Shown: one piece after another, positions 38,502 through 50,687 of the stretch | How the letters are laid out: each line of letters starts with the position of its first letter | Position numbering within the stretch: position 1 is the stretch's first letter | NCBI GenBank assembly: GCA_037447605.1 | Contig: CM074804.1 | Location: 496,001 to 560,000 of the forward strand | DNA: 64,000 bases | Direction: 5' to 3' | DNA from: Zygnema circumcarinatum SAG 698-1b | Taxonomy: Eukaryota; Plantae; Zygnematophyceae | The notes under the pieces: model-generated | What the model saw: the letters and a program-made list of their open reading frames with translations, nothing else | Database searches by the model: none | What the model was told of the DNA's origin: nothing | Translations under genes and position numbers: made by a program

Positions 38502-40246
38502 AGTGAGCGTAAGTACGAATCTTATGTACATCATGATCTCATCTTTACCATCTTATCTCAAGTTTTTTTTTTTTGGTAATTTCCAAAACTTCCAAAATTC
38601 CAAATATCCATATGTCCAGCATTTCAATATGTCCAACTTTTCAATATGTCCAGCGTTCTATATGTCCAGGGTTTCCATATGTCCAGCAAAATCTTTAAAG
38701 TCCGGAGGACTGGCCTAAGGACTAACTGATTAATGGATGGACAACCTAACTGATTGACTGACTGACTGACCGATAGACTAACATACACAGACTGGCCGAC
38801 AAACTGACTGACTGACTGACTGACCTGTCAGTTAGTAGCCTCATCCTTCCTCAACACCCTCTCCTTTTTCTTCCTTCGCCCTTCCACCATTCTCCCTTTC
38901 ACCACACTCCATGTTCCTTCCTCCTCCTTCCTCCACTAATCATTATTTGTCGGTTTTTTCCATATCTCTTGTAGAAACAAAATCAGCAGCAACACAAGCA
39001 GCAGCAGCAGAAAGGCAGAGGATCCGCAGCGACAAGAGTGTTGGTTACGGTAGATTTCGGAACAATAGGGCAGCAAGCATAAGTAGCAACTCGTCAGCTA
39101 GACAAGCGAGTGTAAGAAAATGGAAGTCGGAAGGACGTGAAGAACAGGGGAAGATGATATTGCGGTTGTTCCGTAACCGTTTCGTCATCGAAACGTCGTA
39201 GACGTCACCGTACCGGCACGAAACGGCTCTATTTTGATTGTCGGTTGACAATGCCCGAAACGGCATGTTTGTACCGGTGTGTGTTGGTCTTTTCGCGCCC
39301 CCGCGCTCCCTCCGCCGCCCGCCGCCTGCCGCCCGCCGCCCGCCGCCCGCCGCCCGCCGCCCTCCGTTTTGTCGCCACGCGCGCCTCACACGTGCGAGAG
39401 GCGCTCGCACGTACGTGACGCGCATGGCGACAAAGCGGGGCACGATTCCTCATCGGCGGAAAGCTGGAATTTCGAAACGGGGGGCCACCTCGGGGAGCGC
39501 GGAATTCTAAAATTTGGAGACATTTTTGTAACCTATTCCGCCGTACGGACGTGACAGACAGGTTCGGGGGGAGCCGTGGTTTCCGAACCAAATTCGTGAA
39601 TCGAAATCAATACCTTTCCGCCGACAAAATCTTTCAATTCCGCGGGCGATGGTCAAGGTCTGACTCCCCCTAATCGGTTTCCAATCAAAAGCGATAACCG
39701 GTTTCCAATTCCGCTAATCAGGAATCTACGCAACTGAACAGAACACAATATTAAACAGCTTATGTGTTCGATCAGTTTCCGTTTCAGTTCACTTCACATA
39801 ATTAAGGTTCGAAGACATTTCTATAAAAAGGCAACGCGCGAGGATCTTGATCCACAGCCTGTTGTTTGGAGGGGAGGGGGGTTATCATTCTCGTTTTTCT
39901 TTTGTGCTTCGGTCCTTTGCGCCTAGTCAGTTCCTCGTGGTTCCCCATGCTGCTTTTGTACATGCACATTTGATGGCATCATCGCCTCATCGTGAGATCA
40001 ATGCCACATCCTTTTGTTCATCAAACCACACCAGCTAAAGAAACCATAAAGTACCCTTCTTTTATTGATGGACCCTCACTCATAAGATACACAATTCACA
40101 ATACAGTTGTAAAGCTCACACCCCTTTATAAATTCCAAAGAAAAAATCAATTGACATTTTAATCAACCCATCTCCATGACGAGCCACCCTGACCCTTAAC
40201 CCTAAACTTCTTCACCCCCAGCTCCTCCCCACCCCCCCTTGGAGGC

Positions 40247-43099
40247 TCACAAAAACACCATCCGTGTGGCGAGGCCCACAACGAAGGGGTCCATAATGAG
40301 GCGAGTCAACAGATAGAACACTACTCCTAATGTAATGGAGATTGGGAGGGCAGGGAGAGCCTTCCGGTAAAGAGCCAAAAGCAGCAGAGTGGCCCCCAGC
40401 CCTGCAATGATGGCTAAGTAGCACGCATACACCGTCATAAGGTCATACATTGCCGCTCTTCCAACCAATACACTGTAAAATATGAAGTCTCCCAGCCCCA
40501 ATTTTATCGAATCTGGCAGCCCGAACTCTCTCGCAGCTATTTCTGGGCCTGTCTCGCGGTTCCCTGATCGTTCCGTTACGGCATCCGACATGTCGAACAC
40601 AACGGATTCCGTTCCAACCTCAAGTTGGTGGGCCTCTACTTGGCGGAGCTCCTCCATGGCTCCTACTAAGGGAATGGCCTCCTCATCTACTGCACTGCTG
40701 CTGCTTCCAGCTTCCAATCTCCCTTCACTATTGTGGGTCTCAGCCCTTACATGCCTTGCTTCAATGTCTAAGCTCGAAAGCCCACTCCCTCCACGATCTT
40801 GCCGCAACTTCTCAGCTTCTCTCCCAGACCCCACCTGCCCTCTCTCTTGAGACCCAATTTCTGCTCCTTGCTCTCCCTGAGAGAGAAGAGATCCCTGCTC
40901 GTCGTCACCTACACTTGAATGCAGTGCAACTCCCTCTCCCCCTCCTCTTCTAATCGGAAATGTCGGCCTATTTGTTCCTCTAGACCTCTGTCTACGCTCT
41001 AACCGCCCCCCATGTCGAGGAGAGGAAGGGGGAGAACTCGCAAAGGGCTGCTCAACATAGCGAGAATGTTGAGCTCCTCTTCCATGGAGGGGACGAGCCT
41101 CATATATGAGGGCAGGAATCTCTTCATCCCTTTCTATAGCCAGTTCGACAAGCAGCTTCAATGGGCCACCTGTTGAAAACGCAGTGCATAAGAACAGAAA
41201 ATAGCTTTAACGCTGGCGACAAACAGGTAGTGAGAGGCAAACGAGAAGGTAAAGAGCGTCCATGTGACATTAGATAAGCAGAAAGGTTACAGGTGTCAGG
41301 ATGCTATTGGCCCACCTGGCATGAGGACCGCTATAAGGTCGTATACGGCCATTGCCAAAAGGAGTAGCCATGTCGTCCATTCCGGCAGGTGGGTGAACCA
41401 AAAGGCCACCACTGCCCCTATGATGACTAGATATGACTGCGTGAGGAGGACGGGCACGCGGCAGAAGAAGACGGCGAGGACTCCCACAATGGAGAAGTTG
41501 TAAAGAATGATGCTAAAGGTGATGATGTCAATGGGAATGGACAGGGCCTGACAGGGCACGAGTTACAGACAAGTAGGTCAGAGTTTGCAGATCTTAGCAT
41601 GATGTAATTCTTGACAAGGAAGGGCTCCGCTGATCTTCTGCAATCGCTACAGGTTCATAGGAGACTGTGAACATATATCATGTAATGTATTCTAAAGTAT
41701 TTCAAATGACGCAATTCGGCTGCAGCTCCACATATGTTCAGGTTAAACTAGCTTCACCTCATGGATTAGATGGACCACTAAAACGGAATTTATTTGCAAA
41801 TCCTACTATGCTTGATTAGTTGTCAAATGCCATTGAGTTTCTGATACCCAGCATTAACCTTGAATGAGCTCAAGATGCAATGCGATTACCCATGCTATAC
41901 GAACTACGACATTCACAGGCGTAATCAAAAAAAAATTTTGCAATCTAGAAGGTGATCAGATGATTCCGTACCACAGTCAAAATAGGCCGCGCTCAAAAGA
42001 TCTGGTAGCTTACCTGGATAATTTGCACTGCCACGGAGCCACCTAGCCACGCCAATATTGTGAAGGCAGAGAATGCCATGTAGCCCCATATGAGGCGTGT
42101 GCACCGCAACCAAAAGCATCCCACAAGGATGAAAGTGACAATTGTAATTGACACAATGAACACAACGGCATTGAGCAGTCCGCCCTCAAACTTCTGGACA
42201 TCCGAGTCCGTGCTGCACAAAGCATGTACAGCGGATCTCAAATTTAACACAAGCTTAATCCAGCTTCATTGTGCGAATAAAACACTGAGGACCCGTCGGA
42301 CTTATCGGCAACACTCAGAGGGACGGTATCAAGACTTAAAAAGAAAAAAACATGCAAGAATTTCTAGAAAAAAATGAAACATTCACGTTCTAAAGAACGC
42401 AAACGCAGCATCAAACATTCACCGGCTTCACCCTTGCGAGAGGTAAGCTTTCTATGGGTCGTTCTACATCGTCATTTCCAGTGCCTATCCGGTTTCTTGA
42501 TGTTTGTATGCCCGTAGATATGACCTGCTCTATATTGTTCTTAAGTTGGCACAATCACTACTGAAATTGAACTAGAATGAGACAAACACATTCAGCAGGA
42601 GCAGCACCTTGCTGCACTGCATGATAGAGTATGCATTGGTGCAGGACTTTAGTCGCTGGTTCGAAATTGAAAACACTAAAGATTTCAAACATTGAGCATT
42701 TTATGTGCCCGGCTCGGTCTCTATTCACTGGTACAGAGAAGCACAAGTCACTTTAGTCGGACATAAATGCCGGATAAATGCGAGCCCTTCCTCTGCGCTT
42801 TTATGAGGAACAAGAATTTGAATTTCAGATTCGGAATAAATGCTAGTGCCAATGGATATGGGATGGAAAACATGGAGGGCGAATATTCAGCGTCCAAAAG
42901 CGGAGAAATGAACACAGGACTTGGAAACACACCTCCTTTCGTGATAAATGAGAGCACCAATAGCCGGGCCGCTCTCCGGAGAGCCGTTTGGAGTGAGGCC
43001 ACGCACCATGAGCAGCACGAGCAGCATGCATGCGGATACTGGAGTCACTATTGCAGTTATTTCTGCTCCCAGGCTCTCTAATACGCTAACCGGCTCCAT
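40247..43099 (-). CDS. PSEN: Presenilin (gamma-secretase catalytic subunit), 4 exons
   Basis: [60 protein letters not shown]|[11 protein letters not shown]...[38 protein letters not shown]. The YD, GLGD and PALP motifs are intact. Confidence 0.96.
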
Positions 43100-43155
43100 G
43101 GAGCTGCAAATGGACTGCTATACTAGCCAATGTCCTCTCGCCGCTGAGAAACTCC

Positions 43156-43360
43156 TGCAGAAACCTTAATCCATGGCCTCCTCTATCCAGTGAGCGAGCT
43201 CTGCAAACCCTAATCCATGGCCTCCTCTCTCCAGTGAGCAGTCTCGGCAGAAACACCACCTCATGGCCTCCTATCCAGTGAGCAGCCTCGGCAGAAATCC
43301 TAATCCATGGCCTCCTCTATCCAGTGACAAGCCTCTGCAGAAACCCTAATCCGTGGACTG
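43156..43360. repeat. About 44-bp tandem repeat (4 full plus 1 partial) immediately upstream of the presenilin ATG
   Basis: Unit GCAGAAACCCTAATCCATGGCCTCCTCTATCCAGTGAGC... at about 43156, 43201, 43246, 43289 and 43335. Several units carry a telo-box or a one-base variant. Confidence 0.85.
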
Positions 43361-44277
43361 CAGCGTAGTGCGAGAACCGACCTGCTGCGATGCACATCGT
43401 GCGAAGCAGCAGTTAGGGCGAAGGGCCAGCCCGCGGGAACCCTAAAAAGTGAAGCACTTGAACACAAGTGCTGCGATTGCAGTATGCAGCGTGGAGGCAT
43501 GCGAGAGGAAGGCCGGCTCTATAAAAACATGCAGGGCCTTATTTAATCTAATGTCATTCTTCTTCAAGCGTGTATTTGAAGGCGGAAGTGGGGGAAGGGA
43601 GAGAGAGAAGGCCGAGGGGGAGGAGGGCTAAGGTATGGAGGGGCCTTCCGTGCCTTGCAGGAAGCAGCCACAAGTCAGGTGCTTCTTCTCCTTGAGCACA
43701 AACCTGTTCATTTTATTTTCCTTCATATTTTTTCTTTTTCTTTCTTGTCTCCAGGTTGGCCTGCCTGTGTGGTGCAGTCGCTATTGAGGGGCTGTCGACT
43801 CGTCTACAGGGATCATGCCATTCCTGTCACTGGCATGCCTCTGATTAGCCTCAACTATTCTGTTTCTTACTGGTTCCTACCCAATATTATACCACAATAT
43901 TTCTCAAGAGGAACCCAAATGGACAAGGCCATGGATTTTGAAGGAGGATGCGAGCATTTTGTTCATGAAATGGGTTAGAATACAACTTTTTTAATTTTGA
44001 TCGTCAGTGCAAAAAGCTTGTTTGCTGGTCTTGCAGTTGATCATTGGCAGTGCTGAAGCGTAAGATTCCCTCCACGAAAATATGCAGAGGTCTGAAGCTG
44101 TGCTAACCCCCTTCTCACTCTACCCTGACAATCCAGAGCCCCGCTAGGTCATGTCGCCTGGATTCAATCTCCATAGCAATTCACAAGTAACAAAAAAGGC
44201 ATTTCGCTTAAACGAAGCGCAACACAATGAAGCATTGAATGAATCATTTAAGGAACTCGAAGGGAATTTACACTCAT

Positions 44278-47200
44278 TCACGACTGCTTCTCGTCAGAGA
44301 TTTCTAATACTTCTTCTTCCACCGGCTCGCTTATTCTTTTAGCATTCGTACGCCGAAGCCTATCCTCCACTGCTTTTACGGCATCTGCTGTCATAATAAG
44401 AGTGTCGTGCTGCAATATGCTGTACACGTTCAACCCCTGCAAACACAACCACGGTAAACAATTTACACACGGTGGGAGAGGAAGCAGAGGGGGAGGGGGG
44501 AAGGGGGAGGGGGGAAGGGAGAGGGGGGGGGGGGGGAGGAGGNNNNNNNNNNGGGGGGGGGGGGAGGAGGAGGGGGAGAGAGAGAGGGAGAGAGAGGGAG
44601 AGGTCCCTTACCATAACAGGCAACACCCTGGTGTAGTACAGGTTGGCTGCTGCCCTCCTCAGCTTCTCATTTGACCTTAGCGCGCCATCCACCAATAGGA
44701 CCTTCTTCGCCCCCACAGACTGTACAAATGACGACATGAATTTTGTCTTGTGGTCGGGAGGCTCAAGGTTGTCCATGACGAGTAGCTGAATGAAGACGGC
44801 AACATAACCAAAAACGGAAGGGCCAACAAAGGATAGCGAATGAGCCAGATTATGTCAGATTAATGCCAGATATGGATTAATGTTGTTTTTATTCAACTCC
44901 ATCATAAATCGCTCCACTACAATCGTCTCAAGTGACGGGCCTCCATTCAGATGTATACTGAGCTCAATCTTCACATGCAAAGCTTTTGTCCAGGCGTAAC
45001 TGAACGATGCATGTGATCATTTTTTCCGACATTAAATCGATGTTTGATGGCAGTTACTCACCTTCCCTTCCGCCACGCGAGCAGAGAGAGCCGACTTGAG
45101 CCCCAATCTGCGAACCTTCTTTTGCAAACCGATCTCATGGCTCCTTGGTTTTGGCCCATGCATTGTTACACCTCCACGGAACTGCCATGTGGACCTTCCC
45201 AGAAAGAACAGTTTTAACTCTCCATGTATCAAGGCAAACCAGGGAGGGAGTAAGGGAGGAAGCGAGAAGGGGATGGAGGGAGGGAGAAAGGGAGGAAAGG
45301 AGGCCCTTCTTTTGTTTCGTCACACTTGATGAAAAGAGACGAGGTACAGATTAAACACGCAGCCATTTGAACCCTTACCAAGATGTTAGACTTTGCATGT
45401 GGAAAAGAAGCACTTAAGATTGTACAGGGCCTCGATTTGCAAGATAAAGTTTCTACTTGACCAAGGCGAGGGGGAGGAATTGCACCTGCGGCCCCTTAAG
45501 CGATCCATGGCGGGCATTGCCAGTTCCTTTCTGCGGATATGGTTTCTTGCCAGTGCGATTCACCTCAGAGAAGTGAGTCTTGGTACAATGGGTGCCCTGC
45601 AAGTCCAGCCATCCTTGTATTCAGCCGGATGCTGCAACTGAGAACAAAGAGTACAAAGGTTTTTGGTACAAGTGCTGTTATACGACCGGCATAAGGGGAA
45701 CATCTCTTCTCAACCAAGATTATACGAGGCCCAGAAGATTCATTCGTGCTGAAAACGTAGAGGAAGGAAGTTTAATCGTTGAGAAAGCTTTAGAAACATG
45801 CTGCTGCTATCCATTATAGGAGGCATCCAGATGCAGCTGAATCTTTGTGCACAGAGGTACGGCATAAAGACTTATCAAAACTCAATAGGGAATCAACAGC
45901 AGAGGTAGGCGAAGGCTGTTGATGCTGGATAGCAGTGGAGAAGCAGGAGCCAACTAAGGTTTTGTCAAGACTACAGTGGACCATTCCATACAAATTGTGT
46001 CCTACCTGCCGCCTCTTGGCCAGCTGCCAGCGCACCACTCTCTGCACAATGTCAGTCCGAAGTGGCACATCAAACACATCTCCTCCCAGAACGATAGATC
46101 CGCATTCCTCAAGATTGAAGTTCTTGATTGGCAATTCAAGATTCTCAAGGGTACCTGGCGTGCACAAAGTAACACATGAATTAGGAACTGAGAAGAGAAC
46201 GGAGCCACAGTTATTTGAAATGAAACTTGGGCCTTAGTGGACCTGAGCCTTCGGGAGCCACGGAAGGACATACAGTGTAGGTCAACGGGGGGGTTAGATG
46301 CAACCTTTCTTATGGTAATGCAATCCCCATGGAACAATCAAAGCACTTTTATTTTCACATCTTGATTTCAGAAAAAATGCACTGTATCCTGTCCCAAGCC
46401 CCTGCTGAGACATCATCGGTCCCTTCAAGCAGGCATTTCTTGTCTTTGGGATTGACGATGGCCGTGTCTAGTAAATTATTCACCAATCGCAACGCTAAAG
46501 GAGGTCATAAACCCCGTGCTCTTCCCTCCCACTGAAGCTTTATCCAGTTCCCCACAGTATGCCCTTCCATTCGACACTTCACTTTCCTCATGTGCAGGTG
46601 CTTAAAACCATCGCGACCCTAAATTTGTCAGGCAGAAAACATGCACTGTTCCTTGGAAGTAAGAAAGATACTATCAGTTGCCATCGTCCCACGCTGTACA
46701 CTTGGCACGTTGACAGTTGATATTGGCACTTTGCTTCTTCAACCATTACGCCTACATTCTTTGAGATTACTATTATTTTCAACTTAAAAAAAGAAGTGGC
46801 AAATCCCCATTTCTTGTACCAAAATGTTAAGCAAGTGCTTTTCTGCCGGACGTCGAGGGGAGAAGTGGACGCCTTCTAGGGCTCAAATCGGAGAAAAACC
46901 AGCGAAAGCATATAACTGTACAGTGGAGCAGGTGCCAACGCTTTTATCCTGTTCAACAGTTCGCATGTGAAATTGTATGATCTTGCACTAATGTGCCTCC
47001 TTTCAACATGACCTAAGGCGTAAACGAGCACCTTGTGTTCGTGCAACATGGAGAGCGTTTGATGCCGCCACGGAAAGGTCAGCGCCGGAAGAAGGGAGAA
47101 CAGCGGCAGGACTCGAGCAGTGTCTAAATGTATGACCTGGTGGAGCCGCCTTACTTGAGCACAATGCTGCCTCCACCTATGATTTCGAAGCCACGTATCC

Positions 47201-47766
47201 ATGCCCATGAATATAAGTCAATGAAAATGAAAAAAAGGACAAGGAGTAAGCTATGAAGTACCTGCCTCATCTTCAACTTATTCCGGGAATGAAACACTAC
47301 ACTATCTTTACCACCTCATGAGGATAAAAGTTTCCATTTAAGAGTAAATTCTGATGCGGTAACGAGTTATTTCCACCGAATAGCATATATAGACTGCTAG
47401 TGCCTATCCACGCCTTTCCCATAATCGCTGAAATTGAGCTCTGCGCGTACTCCTGCTCTCTCTCTGTCTGCTTCCAAATCTCCACAGAATGCCTCCCTTA
47501 CCACCCCGTAATTCAAGCGCTCCTATACAAGCAGCTTGCTGCTACACCCCTGCCAACACAAGAAACTCACCGCAGCAGTCTTCCATAGGCGGGCTGTAGC
47601 TGAGACCACACGGCCGCCCCTCCTCAGAACGTCCATGTCCACTCAGAACAGCACCCCTATTCCTTTGTGAGCGACCTCTAACCCTAACTTGCTGCCGCGC
47701 TTTTGTAGGGTTTAAGGAAATGCCCGACATAGATTTGCTGCCTTTCCTCCTGGCCAGCCAAGGCAT
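44278..47766 (-). CDS. uL4m: Mitochondrial large-subunit ribosomal protein uL4; 5' end (upstream of about 46460) not resolved
   Basis: [26 protein letters not shown]|GTH.TKT..SEV..TGKKP.PQKGTG.ARHGSL.GPQ|[13 protein letters not shown]...[12 protein letters not shown]|...|[13 protein letters not shown]. The start coordinate is a guess from an upstream ATG ORF with a GTGAGT donor at 47570. Confidence 0.85.
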
Positions 47767-48612
47767 TGGGAAAGGGGCAAGCTTCAAGGGAGCATGAAAC
47801 CCTAAATTTAACACCAGTTCCAGAATCCGTTTGAAGTACTTAGTTCAATGGTTACGTATATCTCTTGATTTCATGTCTCCAGTTAAATCAGAAATTAATT
47901 GAGATATAACATTCAAACTTAATACATAGAACCACGAAGACGGCTACGAACCTTTCCATTTCGAAACTTAATTCATCGAACGTCTTCCAATAATCACTCG
48001 CCACGTACAAGTTTCTGTCCACGTGACGGACTCCCATTGGCTGGTGCTCGACCGTAAGCTCGGAGCAGGCGGCCGCATGTGCGTCCGTACAGTCCCGCCG
48101 CATCTGCTCGCACTGGCAGGCCGGCAGGGGAGGAGATCGGGACCGTCCGATTCATATTATGCACGTGCGATGGACGCATCTCCCTGTGCGGCGGGCCTGC
48201 CCGTTGCCGTTGGGCGCCCCTTCCAAAATTTGGGGCCCTCCCGCCAGCAGCACTGCTCTCCTGCTGTCAGGGGCGAGGGAGAGGGAGTGGGAGAGGGAGA
48301 ACGAGAGGAGAGAGGGATAGGGAGAGGGAGAGACGAGAGGGAAGACGAGGAAAGGGAGGAGAGGAGAGGATTTTCGGGCTGTGAAGGGAGGCGCTTTTTG
48401 ATTCTGCAGCGGGAAACGGATGCAAGTAGGAGAGAGGGAAGGGTTGCTGTAAGTAGGCGCTGGCAGCTGAGGAGGAGGGTGGTGCTGCTGCAGGGAGAAT
48501 CCTCTTCAAGTTTTGCCTTTACTCCTGATTCAAGGCGCTGTTTTGGCTGCTAGAGATCCGTCACGAGAAGGCATAGTCTGAACCTTGCGGAAGATATATC
48601 TCTTTGTAGGAG

Positions 48613-50687
48613 ATGAATACTGCCATGTATGGTGTTGCTGCTGAGTATGGCGCAGGGAAGAACTCCAAGGCTTCTGTGCAAACGGTGGACAGCCATTCCG
48701 TCGCTAGAAGGTCAGTCTGGGTGCTTGACAATAGAGGATCCTATATGGATGACTCTGATTGCAGACATTATATGAATCCATGTATTTTTGTGGCTGTGTG
48801 GATATGCATGTATGTATGCATGTGTGATATGTATATATGCATGTAATCTAATGTGCAAATGCATGTATCAGTGCACGTACGGATGTATGTATGTGCATAT
48901 GTATACGCATGTACATGTCTTTTTCTTTATGTTTGAATTTTTCACATCGGTATATTCGAAATTTTCCATGTGTATGCATAGTCCCACGTTTACCTGCATA
49001 GTGATGCAAATACATACGCGTATACGCACATGCAGACATGCATACCCCGCCATGATGTGTATGTAACCCTTGCGTACGTACGCATATGTCTATTCACGTA
49101 TGCATGTCTGTACTCAAGAGGCTCTGCTTGCCAATTGAATGACACCTGGAAAGGATCTCGAAACACATCCACATCTCTTCACAAGTTGATGAAATGAGCT
49201 GCCCTTGTAAATCTGAGAGCTCGAATTTTATGTTTTCAAATTTCTGGTTGCAGGTTGCAGTCAGAGCTGATGGCACTCATGGTAGGTGACAGGTTCACTC
49301 TTTTTTACCACCCGACTTCATTTTTGAAAGACTGACTTTCGTGCTGGTTCTTAATAAGCAAAAGGCAACTATCAGAGGGGTATTTGACAACATAAAGTTT
49401 TATGTCTGCTTAATTCTACCGTCAGACTCGATAAATAAAATAACGAAATACTTGTGGTCATCGGACATGCCATAAATCACTAAATTCAATCACTTCAAGG
49501 AATGAATGAATTGCCTGGAAAGATGCCATAGCATTCAAAGTAAGGTTTTTGAAACTATCTGATGTTGGTATCCCTCATCTTGGTTGGACAGAAGCATCTC
49601 TTTGCTGCTCCCTTCACCGTTTTAGGAGCAACGTGGTTTTTGGCTGACGAACTGATGGTTGCCTCCTGCAGACTTGTGGTGATCCTGGCATTTCTGCATT
49701 CCCTGAAGGAGATAACATCTTCTGTTGGGCGGGCACCATTCAAGGCAGTCAAGGCACTGTCTACCAGGGTCTCACATACAAGCTGAACCTACAATTCCCT
49801 ACAGACTACCCCTTTAAAGCTCCAACTGTCAAATTTGTGACCCACTGTTTCCATCCAAATGTGGACCAGTACGGAAACATCTGCCTAGACATCTTGAAGG
49901 TATGCAGAGGCAGCCTTACACCAAAAAGAAATTTAAATAGCATGCTTCTGCACCGAAAGCCTCTCGTTAGCTCCACGTTAAGGAAATAATCACTTTTTGC
50001 TGAAACTGTCCTCTACAACGTTTGGAATGCAGGATAAGTGGTCGTCAGCTTACGACGTCAGAACTATATTGCTTTCTGTACAAAGTCTACTTGGTGGTAC
50101 GTTCCTCCCACCTTTCTGTGTTTGTCCAGGTTTCCTGCTCACGTTCTTTGATTGAATTGAGGCTTACTGGTGAATGATGCCTCTTTGCAGAACCGAACAA
50201 CGACAGTCCTCTAAATGGTCATGCAGCAGCACTGTGGGCACACCAAGAAGGTAAGCAATAAGTAGAAACTTGTTGCTCAGTAAAGGAGAGAGATATTCAT
50301 TAGGTAGAGAAAGGTGGTAACCATGCTCCTATTCTGCACCTCAATCGTGCTTTTGTACCATAAGCAACAGTAGGGGTTTCCTATTTAGCCTGTTAGTTGT
50401 CCTGACAGAAGTCGTACACTCTTAACAAAATGCAAAATTTCGAGTGCATGAGGAATCTGTCGATTGCATACTATGCAATAGCGTGGTGTTGCTCCTGAAA
50501 TCCTCTTCTGGCAGTAGTCCTTTACAGCCAGATTGTATTGGAGCAGTTACTCGATCGCTGCTTTCAGGGAGTTAGCCGACCGAGTTCAGATTCTTGGTTT
50601 ATCCTCCTAATGGTCAGCTGTGCGTTGCCCGCAGAGTATCGGCAAGTGCTCCACAAGAAGCAAGGGGAGACGGAGGGCCTTTCGTGA
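48613..50687 (+). CDS. UBC20: Ubiquitin-conjugating enzyme E2 of the UBE2C/UBC19-20 (APC/C) class
   Basis: DSHSVARR|LQSELMALM|[22 protein letters not shown]...[10 protein letters not shown]...[17 protein letters not shown]|[21 protein letters not shown]|[15 protein letters not shown]|EYRQV. The catalytic Cys is present. Confidence 0.93.
48770..49115. repeat. Degenerate (ATGY/RY)n simple repeat in UBC intron 1
   Basis: Alternating purine-pyrimidine TGTATGCATG-type sequence over about 350 bp. Confidence 0.85.

Larger units (their letters stand above)
34605..39672. mobile_element. Non-autonomous foldback element with hAT-type TAGGG...CCCTA ends; whole element is an imperfect palindrome centred at 37966/37967
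   Basis: Ends TAGGGGGAGTCAGACCTTGACCATCGCCCGCGGAATTGAAAGAT and its reverse complement. Arms mirror each other block by block to the centre ATTACAACATGAGGCCTCACGTTGTAAT. No transposase ORF is seen. Confidence 0.88.
34551..39867. repeat. Outer about 54-bp inverted repeat (34551-34604 versus 39814-39867) enclosing the foldback element
   Basis: AAACAACAGGCTGCGGATCAAGATCCTCGTGCGTTGCCTTTTTAAAGAAATGTC versus GACATTTCTATAAAAAGGCAACGCGCGAGGATCTTGATCCACAGCCTGTTGTTT. Confidence 0.85.

Noticed and set aside
37961-38579. ORFs of 139-181 aa inside the foldback element as a possible transposase
   Set aside because: They translate the tandem repeats and A/T tracts; no BED finger, DDE or hAT dimerisation motifs are seen.
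43560-44100. Possible spliced plus-strand transcript divergent from presenilin (donor at about 43632, 18-nt micro-exon, acceptor at about 43753)
   Set aside because: No ORF or other support; such splice-like motifs are frequent by chance.
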